This document shows, piece after piece, positions 36,970 through 48,500 of a stretch of DNA of 64,000 nt. How positions within the stretch are numbered: the stretch's first letter is position 1; each line of letters opens with the position of its first letter. Made by a program: the position numbers and the translations under genes. The DNA lies in contig NW_001865080.1 of NCBI RefSeq assembly GCF_000002865.3, positions 61,716 through 125,715 of the forward strand, read 5' to 3'. Source of the DNA: Monosiga brevicollis MX1. Lineage: Eukaryota. The notes below the pieces were generated by a model. It was given only the letters and a program-made list of their open reading frames with translations. It did no database searches and was not told where the DNA came from.

Positions 36970-39900
36970 ATGACCCAGGATCCGGACCGAAGCGGAGCGC
37001 GCGCACGCGCGACCGGCTTTATCTGTCCCGACTGCCAGCCCACCATTGTGGAGTTTGATTCTGAAGAGCTTTTGATTCGCCATTGGGCCGCCTTTCACGA
37101 TGATCACAGTGCTGCTGCCGACCTCATCACGGGCAATATCACCACCAATGCCGCCCCGGTACGTGCGGTGGACCGCCTGATCTGCCGCCGCCCAAAGTAT
37201 CAGCCACCATCAGCTCTCATCCCCGCCCACATGCAACCTCCTTCTCCCCTAGACCACGGTGGTGGAACGAGCTCACGTATTCGTAGAGGGCCAAGGCTTT
37301 GGGAAGCCCTGCAGAATCTGTACAGATCGTGTCTGGCGCCGTGCTGCCATGTGCACTAGTACGTGGATCAGCCCTTTGCACCTGCCTCGATCCTGTCACA
37401 GTCGGGTCACAACGTGGTATACACCTTTGGATCCAGGCCCTCACGCCCCCTCTTGCTTGATTAGATTGTCGATACATTTGTCATGAACGTTGCATTGGCC
37501 AGGCCCGGAAACACCTCGATTGCCCCGGGTTCTACCAAAAAACGTCGACCCTCGTCCGTCAAATTCGCAAAGTCGTGACCGGGTAGGTCCTTGGCTTAGC
37601 CGCCCCCCTGCTTCATCTCCATCAGCCGTTACATCGGCTCATTTCATACCTCATGCGTCTTGCCACCCTGATAGTAACAAGGTTCGCTACGTCACCGAAG
37701 TCGTCGATCTGGACCTGACATACATTACACCACGCATCATCGGTACGAAGAACCCACCCTTTTGCCCCTTTGCTCGCGCCTTCCTCGCCATCTCTTTGAG
37801 CTACTCGTCGTCTTCGCCCGAAAGCTTGCTGATGCCGGCTTTTCCGTCAAACTTCACGCTCACGCGCTCCATGCTCACGCGTGGCGCTTGCAACTTCCCG
37901 CTCAGCCATGTCGCTGCCCGCCACGGGACTCCAGGCCGCCTATCGGAACAACCTCAAAGATGTAGCCGCCTTTCTCAATAGCAAACACGGGTCCAACTAC
38001 ATGATCTTCAACGTCTCCGACAAGAAATACGACATTGAAGAGTTTCACAATCAGGTGCTGGACTTTGGTTGGCCCGACCACATGGCCCCATCCCTCGAAC
38101 GTTTGGCTAGCATTTGCAACAGCATCGATTCCTGGATCGAGGCTGATCCGAACAACGTCATTGCCGTGCACTGCAAGGGTGGCAAGGGCCGCACCGGTGC
38201 GTGTTTGTGTGCTTCCACCTGCATTTGCAGAGTCGTATATCGCTGCCTCACCAAAGGAGTTTTGTCTTTTCTTTTGGGAATCGCTCCCAGGCGTTGTGAT
38301 TGCAGCTTATTTAAGTTTTAAACGCTTGTTTACCAAGGCCGAGCACGCCATGCACCAGTTTGCCATTACGCGGTACGGGTTCCTCTTTTTGGAACAGAAC
38401 CCATGGTTTTGCAGCACTTTCCACAAACTCACCCAGTTTTGGTGCTGACATCATCAGCTTTACCTCGGACAAGAAGAGCAGTGGCATCACCAATCCCTCG
38501 CAGCGTCGTTACGTACTCTATTTCGAGGCAGTGCTTGCGGGCCAACTCAAGGTACTCCGTTCCTTGAGCCATGCTCGCCCACCGCCGCACCCGCTGCTTC
38601 TGGCGTGCGGCAGAGATGTCGACTCGGTGTCAAGCAGCGTCTGGTTGAGTGGCACATCATCAGCACAAAAAGGGCTCACGCTTAACCGTGTCAGGTTTAT
38701 CGTAAACACTTGGTTCTGGAGCACGTCTACCTGCAGGGCATACCGGCCTTTGATGGATCTGGTGGTTGTCGGCCGTATCTGAGCATCATGGAAGACTTTC
38801 GCGTGGTACGTGGTGCAGATCACCTGCAGCAGCCTCGCGGCAAGGTGGCTGCAGGTCTTTAAAAAAAAAAAGAAGAAGAAGGAGGAAAGAAAGCGAGGGG
38901 CAAAAAGAAGACGGAAGAACAAGCAAATTCGCGCTCAGTTTTTTGCTGATATGGTGGTTTGGGGTGCTTTTGGCATGACTGATGTGGGCACCGGGGCTGC
39001 TGCTGTTTGGTTTTTTAGGTTTATCAGAGTCCCGAGCCTATCCGCACGTTTCGACGGGACGATAAATTTATCCAGTTTGATCTCGATCAAGGATTGCACC
39101 TTGCGGTACGTCTTTGTGTTCCACCGTCCAAGATTCCCGCACGGCGTGCTTTCACACATGTTGCTTCTTATTCCTCTCACAGGGTGATGTGGTCATCGAG
39201 TGTTATCATCGGCCAAGCCGTGGGGCTGATGTGCTAATGTTTCGAATCCAATTTCCCACTTGTGTGGTGGCGGATCGCGTGAGTGATTGCATGTTCATTG
39301 TCGTTCCCCCTCCGCGGAGGACATGGGTGCCCATGAGGCTCATCCCCATGTCTGCCTGGGTTCAGGTCTATACCTTTGAAAAGCACCAGCTCGACGAGGC
39401 ATATAAGGACGCACGGTTCCCCGAGGAGACGAACATCAGCTGCATGTTTCGCAGCATGAGCGAGGAGGAAAAGCGGGTCGCCGAGGCGGACATCCACAAG
39501 AGTCTGCCAGCTATTGATGCTCTGCTGCAGCGCCGCGAGCGCGAGTCCGAGTCGCGAAAGAATGACTTTGCGGCTTCACTGCTAAACCCGGATGAGGATG
39601 ACGACGGCAGCAGCGATTTGGGGCACACGAGGCAGAGCAAGCTGACCGCTCTGCAGCGGTCAGCTACCGTCTCAGCAGGCCATCCCACCCGACGTGCTTT
39701 GCATCGATCCGTGTCTGTAGGCAGCCCCCAGCTGGAGGGGGAGGAGGTCCATGAATTGGTAGATCAAGGCGTGACGAGCGAGGTCGCTGCACTCCCTCGT
39801 ACCAAGACCAGTGCGGCTGCCCGCCAGGGCAGCTCTTCTCAGGCCAAAGCGTTACCCGTGTTCGACCCTTCCAATCCGTTTGCAGAGCTTGTTGAGGCCG

Positions 39901-40607
39901 AGCGCTCGGCTATGCAGGCAAAGGACGCTGCCACGGCTGAGGGCGTCGGTGATGCAGCCGTGACTGAACTCGGCGGTGACTCTCTGATGGTGGAGCGTCC
40001 CCTGTTGCGCCGCTCGTCCTCATTACTGGAATTGGGCAGTCATCGACTGGTTGATGAGAAACAGCGGATTGAGCGCTCGGAGCTCCGGCAGCGTACCGCG
40101 GCAGACGTAACCATGCCGCGCCGACACGAGAGCTGCGCATGGTACTTTGCAGATTTTACCAAGGAGGCGACTGATCGTCTGCTGTTGGAGAAGGGCCAAC
40201 CGGGTGAATTTGTGGTCCGACGCGATCCCTTGGATTCACACACGTTTTATCTCTCGGTCCGATGCCCCGAGAGCGTGGTAGTGCATCTATTGGTGCAATG
40301 GGTTCCGCGGCAGCAGCAGTTTGAGCTGGACCATCGGGCTTGTTTTGCGGACATGCAGCAGTTGATCAAGTTTTACTCATCCAACACGGTGGCCCGGGTG
40401 GGGGAGCACGCGGTTAAGCTGACGCACGGGTTTGCCACGCAAGGCCTGCCTGATGCTAGCCGACGCACGAGTGTGTCTGCGCTATCACGTTTGCAGCTGG
40501 TCGCCCGCGATAGCCGACAGGCACGGACGGCTAGTATGTACTCTGCCGAGGGCAACACGCCCACGGACAAGGACGTGTGGGCTATGAGAAACTTGATGCT
40601 CGATTAG
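36970..40607 (+). CDS. Tensin/PTEN-like protein: C2H2 finger - C1 - PTEN phosphatase - C2 - SH2; multi-exon
   Basis: In-frame exons 36970-37158, 37253-37358, 37465-37582 and 37675 onward. Motifs: GFICPDC...HWAAFH; C1 HVF...CRIC...CTNC..CHERC...C; DLDLTYITPRII; YRNNL; FGWPDH; HCKGGKGRTG; ITNPSQRRYV; C2 GDVVIECYH...MFRIQF; SH2 WYFADF...GEFVVRRD. Confidence 0.9.
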
Positions 40608-41224
40608 CATGTCCGTATGTCACATTATTACGTTCCTGGAGTGGAACAACGACATTTTCAAATTGAATGGAGGCTCTTTGGGAAATTGTGCTTGCCATGG
40701 GTCGGAGAAACGACGGCCATTGAAGCGGTTAGAGATGTGAGCAAGATTTTTTCAATTTCTTTTTAGATCATAGGCTGTGCTTCCTCCAGGGAGGGAGGGA
40801 AGGGCGCAGCCAAGAAAAAGGAAGGGGCATGCCAATGGACGGTAGGCACGGCGTTTGACGAGCTACCCACAACATTTGACAAGATCAGGGTTTCAGGCGA
40901 CCGAGAACGGGACAGAGCCAGTTCTAGGCGCTGGCTGAAGGGCGCAGCAACACGAAAGTACACGAGTTGAGCCCTGGATAAACCATGGAGACCCCGCATA
41001 TCGCAAGTGCAGGCCCTGTCAGGGAGGGGAAAAAAAGGACTAAGGGTGTGGAACGGTGTCTCGAGGTGCCGTACGGGCATGCTCGAGGACTGATCCAAGG
41101 GGGCAAGGGACGAGAAGCAGACGGAAACAAGAAAACCACAACGGACAAGAAGCCGATGATGTTGCTACGCTACACCAAACAGGTTCAAGCCTCAGGAGGC
41201 GGAGTGCAGTGTCCGTGTTCTGGC

Positions 41225-41318
41225 TTAGTGGTGCTCGCCGTGAGCGTGGCCGTTGTAGTACTCTGGAGGACATTGAGCAAAAGAGGGCGAGGGAGTGAGA
41301 TGGGAGTGAGCGGGCGCG

Positions 41319-41386
<68 letters not shown>

Positions 41387-41693
41387 GTGTGCGTGCTCGG
41401 GCAGGAGGTCTGTCAACAATTGAAGGGTTGGCACGAGCGCGAGGGCAAGGGAGAAGGTGTCAGGGACTTACTCGACTTCTCACGCATCTCATCTATAGAG
41501 TGCAACAACGGCACAGGCAGCGGCAAGGCAGAGTGAGACAGGGCAGGAGAGGAAGTTCCAAGGCCTTCAAGGGGGAGGGCAGATTCAGCCACGAACCGGT
41601 GATGGGCAGGTTGTAGAAGATGTAGCCAGTGATGGCAAGGCCCACGCAGATCTCGCGAATGGGGCGGAGCTTGGCAGCGACGTTGCTGAACAT
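41225..41693 (-). CDS. 51-aa single-TM microprotein, likely mitochondrial ATP synthase subunit j/6.8PL-like
   Basis: Exons 41693-41597, 41492-41472 and 41262-41225 join through GT-AG introns into 156 nt: MFSNVAAKLRPIREICVGLAITGYIFYNLPITDEMREKSKYYNGHAHGEHH*. The family assignment is from recalled resemblance only. Confidence 0.7.
41321..41384. repeat. (AG)n microsatellite (intronic)
   Basis: Directly visible in intron 2 of the microprotein gene. Confidence 0.97.
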
Positions 41694-41865
41694 GTTGGCG
41701 TTGGGCGTTGTGTTGGCACGGCGACACAGAGATAGAGAGAGAGAGAGAAAATGGCAGCGAGCACTATGTACACGGTAAGGAGAACAAAAGAGAGAGAGAG
41801 AGAGAGAGTGTGTGTGTGTGAGTGAGATGGAAAGACAAAAGAAATCGTATTTAGACAAAAGAACA

Positions 41866-41896
<31 letters not shown>

Positions 41897-41986
41897 AAAG
41901 AGAGAGAGAAGTGGGGGAGGTCAAATTATGTATTGGTTGAGCGGTAATTTTTTGGTATTTTTTTAACAAACTTACAAACCCTCAAG

Positions 41987-43078
<1,092 letters not shown>

Positions 43079-43933
43079 GCTCATCGCGCCTTTTTGTTCG
43101 ACCACCCACGTCCCATCCCTCGCAGTGGAAGGCGTGTGAGGTCGCACGAGGCAACGATGATGGGTGCTGGGAACCACACGTGCCGCATTCAAGGCATGGT
43201 TCTCAAAGCACTAGTCGTCGTCAAAAGCCCATAGTTCTACCAGATCCCTCTCTCCTTCACAAGACGCGTTCAGCTCGCGGACGCCCCTTTCTAGGGCCCA
43301 CACAGAGCCTCACGCTTGTTCTTTTCTACCCTTTGTCCTCTTGTCCAGCATGTTTTTTTTTAACCTTTTTCTTTCTTCCCAACCTTTACCATCTATTGCT
43401 CAAACCCCTTCTTTGGCCGTCGCGCCTTGCGAGCCAATTGATCAAGGTCACCCCCGCTATGAGCTGTCTTCGAATGCGTGTCAACTCGGTCGAGGTAAAA
43501 TGGTATCGTGAAAACTTGCACGCGATGGAAAACAACAACAGACTCACGACGCGACGATTGATTTCGGCTTCTCGATTTTTTAAAGTATTTGAGAAACGTG
43601 TAAGGGACGAGCAGGTATGGGCTTAAGCACCGCCTCGATCCATCGTGGTGCCATGGAAGCAAAAGAGAAAAGCGCCAAGAATGAAACAAACTCAACAAAT
43701 GCACACCAAAAGCTTGCCGCAAAAGTACAGAAGCAAAATCGCTTCCCACCTCGCACATTCTCCTTTGGCAAGGCATATTGTCTGCGCTCACCCCGCTTGA
43801 TCAACCACGGCCAACAGACCACCCACACCAACTCTTTTCTCAATCGGGCAAGATGGATGGCAACTACAAACGAAAATTCAATGCCACCCCCGCGTACACC
43901 CAATCCAAGACATTTGAGAGCGAGCAGGCGCAT

Positions 43934-44959
43934 TTACGCCTTGCCGGCAGCCGCCTCAAAGTTCTGGCCCTCGAGCTCTGTCAAAAGAGATAGCGAAGCA
44001 GATACGGACAAACAACACCGTGAGAAAAGGTCGAACCAGTCGGAAACAAGTTTGCCCAAACAACTGGAGGGAAATTTTTTTTTGGGGAAAAACAGCGGAC
44101 TGGCTCCCCCGTCAGGGCAGAAAGCAGGCGAGATGAAAGTCGTACCAGGAACATCCTCATCATCGCCATCAATCTCGTCGAGGGCGCTAGGGGTGACACC
44201 GCCACGGGCACCCATCTCAGCAGCAAGGTTCTGAAGGATCGACATGTTCTCCTGGCCGAGCTGGTTGATGATATCGGGCATCAGCTCCGTGATGCGCTTG
44301 GTCTCCGACTTGCCAGAGATGCAGAAAGTGCTGGCAGCAATGGCAGCCTGAACCTTGGGGTTCTTGAAGTGAATGACGGTACCATCATCCTTGATCATGT
44401 TGACCTGAAATGATGAGCGACAATCGAAGATGAGGCCAAGGTGACTTGGACATAACGCACCAAAGCTACAAGCATCTTAAAAAAAGTCTAGCCGCAGGCA
44501 GGCACGACCCACCTCCTCGACGCCGGGGATGTTGTTGACACCCAGCTTCTTGAGAGTGGTCTGCAGCTTCTTGTCGTCAGAGCCGGCAGTCTTGTGCACA
44601 ACTTTTTTCTTGCGACGGGGAGTACCCTGTCAGGTTCAGCAGGCAAAGAGAAACGTGCCAAAATCATGAGCTGGACGCAGCAACCGATGAAACAGCCCCA
44701 GGCGTCGGGACGTGCTAGCTGAATGCTTTCGGGCCATCGAGCAAATGAACGGTTCCCGCCCTCAGTGGATGTGACTCCTTAGCTCCCCACCCCAAATAGT
44801 GCATGACCCGTCTTGTACAGTCCATCAAAAGGGCGCAGATAGCTGTCACAACCCCAAAGCACTCCCTCTGAGCATCATACACAAGCCCACTGAGCATCCT
44901 ACCTTGCCGCCAGTGCGGACTTGGTTCTTGAGCTTCTGCACGCGGTCTTGCCCGTTCAT
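43934..44959 (-). CDS. BTF3: Nascent polypeptide-associated complex beta subunit; 4 exons
   Basis: [64 protein letters not shown]...INQLG...[13 protein letters not shown]. Confidence 0.97.
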
Positions 44960-45562
44960 GGTGCCGGCGACTCTGTTTTATGAAAAAACCTGTACAAGCA
45001 AACCAGGCACAGAAGATCATCCACAGATACAGATGGGGAGGAATGGAGCGAGCAGCAATATCATGAGCCAAGGACGGGAGGCAGCTGATCGAATCCAGGC
45101 ACACGTCCCAACAAACACGACAAAATTGCTCAGGAACGGCAGCGTACAACCCGCTGCACACAAACGGCAGGCGCCACCCGCACTCCCGCGGAAGCAGAAC
45201 CAACACCCTGGCAAGACGCCGTAGCAGAGCCAACGTTCCCAAAGGAAGATGCCCCCGAGCCAACACGACCAGCAGCCCGACAACACCAAGCCCACGACCG
45301 CGAGCTCGCTCAACCGAGCAGAGAACGAGAGAGAGAGCGAGCGAGCGAGCGAGCGAGAGGGAGACGGGGACACCACGCACCGAGCCCAGAAGAGGGAAAA
45401 GGGCCACGCTGGGTGGTCGTCGTGTAGAGCTTCTGACCGAAAAGACCCCCTTCTTCCTTGGCTTTTGTCTTGGGGAGAAGAAAACCATTGATGTCAGCAA
45501 AAGTTCAAATCTCAACTGATCGACACTGGACTGAGTAGTATGGAGTTTATTTAGGAGGGGTA

Positions 45563-48500
45563 TTATTTATGATGGCAGAGAAGATTGAAAGCGCAGGCCC
45601 CATAATTAGTTGGCACTTGAGGACAAGCCTCGAGCCGATGACGCGCGACCTTGTTTAGGCGTCGCTTTGTTGCATGCACTGCAGGAGAGCCTCGTGACAC
45701 GCGCGCCGGTCGGCCGGGGTCTCGAACAAAAAGGTCAGCGAGTGTCGTGGGGCCACGCGGATGATTAGGTACGCGCCCTACGACGCGCCCACGCCAGGCA
45801 AGGAGCGATCGAGGGAATGTGAGGTTAAGCAACACCAGGGCGAGAATGTCGAGAAGGTCGCTGCTTCGGCTAGATCGTACCTCACCGCGGCGCAGCTGAT
45901 CTTTAACTTCCACGTGGGAGTTGTGGGTAAGAACAAAGGAGGCGCTGCGGCTGTGGTTGTGCGGGTAAAACTCAATGATGGCGTGCACAAACAAGCTGCC
46001 CGCCACAAGGAACGTCTTGCCCAATCGCTGTTTGACTATGGCACGCACCCCAAACCGACAGTCGATGAATACAAAACCCCAGACAAACTCTCGGCCCCAG
46101 GCTTCCTCCACAAACGCGTCGAGTCAAACAAGAAAGCATCAATGACAGGAAACATGGGCACCAAGACCGATAAAGTCCAATTGGGCCACCGCCGCCGCCC
46201 TCCCCGGTGTCGCCCCAGCACCTACCGAGAGACACGGCAAATTCACGCGCTGGAGGGCCAGTTCCAGATTGACCTTCCAGCTCGACGTCATAAAAGATGG
46301 CATTGGTCACCTCTGGCGCATCCTCTACCAGCGCTTCGTGAATAACCTACGCACGCTCACCAGCAAACCTGTGTCAGGATGTCATTCGTTTCTAAACCTG
46401 TTTTATGCTCGAAATTCCATCTGAACCCAGCGCGACTGATTTGGCACATGTGCACACAGACACACACAGACACACACAGACACACCTCGTCCTCAACGTC
46501 AACCGAGTCGGAGGAGAAGAAGCGCCGGATCTGTGGCACGGCAAAAGACGAATGACGCCTACGGGCGGTAAAAGGCAACGGCACAAATGAAAATGATGAC
46601 AGCCATTCCATTTGGTCGATCAACCGCTTGGTGGCCACGTACCGCCGCTTAGAGCGCACGGTTGAGCGCGTTAGTAAGCGGCCGTTGAGGCCACGCATAG
46701 AGCCCTTGAGCCGCCAATCTGGCGTGGGCGGTGCGCTGGGCGTTGCCGGCTGCCGTTGTGCCCAAATAACCGCCCAGTCCACGCCTGCGAGCCACAGCAG
46801 TCCCAATACGAATTCAGTGTCGATTCGAGCCCATCGCCTATAGGACCAGCTCAAGCAGAACATGCGAATGCCTGCCTTTTCCTTCAATCTGCACAACGCG
46901 AGAGACAGACCTCGTGCTGTAGCCAAGTCACGCAAGACGTTCCACAATCCGACGTAGTGGCCCTCTGGTGCTTGGTCCCAGCTTTTCGCGTGCTCGTGAG
47001 CTGCCTGCCACACATGGTCCGGGCAACTGCCTTTTCCGGCCTGCTCGTTTGTGGCAAGCACGGGTGTGGGCATGTACACCTGCCGCCACAGCCTGACCAC
47101 GCCATCGCACAGCGTGAGTGTGAGTCCACAGAGCTCGTAGCTACACAAAAAACAGCCCGGGCTCCACTCATGCGTGGGACGGTGCGCACACGTACTGCAT
47201 CATGGGAAGCGCCGCGTTGGTGCGGAGAACGTGCGCGTTGCAGGCACTGTACATCAGATTGGCATATTGCGGTGTTTTGGCGTGAGCATCCATCACAAAC
47301 GCAAAGAGGTCGTCCATATCGATACCAAGTCGATCTCGGTAAGCTTGGTCGTTGCATAGGAAGTTGCCAAAGCTGCGACCATTTACCAATTCCATCCACC
47401 ATCCACCAAACAAGGCACCCGCATGAGCACGGCTGTGGTCCAGCATGTTGAAAACCCGTTGCTTGAGAGTCGTGTGTCAATGCGACCGTTCTCGCACGCA
47501 CCGGGCAGAGTAGCTGTGGTGAAAGATTGCCTCCAAAAGCTCGGCATTGAACTCAAACTGGGCCGGAAATTGTGATAACATCTGATAAACGCAGTCCAAA
47601 AACTACCCCGCACAAACACACAAACGGCCTTAAAAAGCCAAGGAAACAACGTCTTCTCACGAGCATAAAACAGACTCACAGGTTGAAACTACCCTCCTCA
47701 AGAGCCAAACATGTGACGTACCAGACCAAAAGTTGGGGCAGGTAGTCCCGCAACGCCCGACAGCTCGGCACTGCGGGGAGACGGCTTGGCGGCCACGAGG
47801 CCGGCGCGTGCCGCAAATGGATGCCCGTGCTGAATCCACACGCGATTGATGATATGCGCCTAGCCACGATTGAAATGCAGGTGCATGAGAGATGCGTTGG
47901 AAAGGCCCTGCAAGGCCCATCCGGCCATTCGTGTCAACATCTTCTCATTGCACCCTACCATGAAGGCATCTAGCTGGCGATAATGGGTGTCCAGTTGCAG
48001 CATGGCCAAACTCGTCAACTAAGCAGGTTGTATTCGGCAGTGCCCGCCCATCCGTCAATAAAGCCATAAAGTGTAAGCAACCGTGATTTCACCAAGTCAT
48101 GGGCCATTGAAATTTTTGACCCAGAAACTTTGACTCTGCGTCATGCCCAAACGTACCTGCATGGCGGCATCGCACCCATGCTCCATGGCAATCACAACAA
48201 CCGCGTGTGTTTCGGTACACAAGTCGGCAATGACATTGGACCAGTGGAGCAAATCGGCCACCTGTGTCAGCCAACCGATTTTGTCCAAGTCGCGCCAGAA
48301 GCTTCCCGTGTCCAGTCCGGCAGCCAGCACCGAAAGTTCTCGCGCCCTAGGTTTTGAAACATACGGCAGCGACCGATTGACCCCGATGCGTGATCAGAGG
48401 GCGCTCGTTTCAGCAAATGTCAAAGCAGATGCCCGTGCTTACATCTCGTGAATAGTGGCAACGCTGGTGATTAGAGGGCGTGATGCCATGGTCACATCAA

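Noticed and set aside
35962..37006. Trp/Cys-rich (WCWCC) ORF and its antisense Ser/Thr-rich ORF
   Set aside because: They arise from a GCTGGT/GCT simple repeat and (AG)n upstream of the tensin-like gene; there is no other coding evidence.
44715..45515. 266-aa minus-strand ORF upstream of BTF3
   Set aside because: Non-ATG start and low-complexity sequence; it overlaps the BTF3 5' UTR, intron and first exon in another frame.
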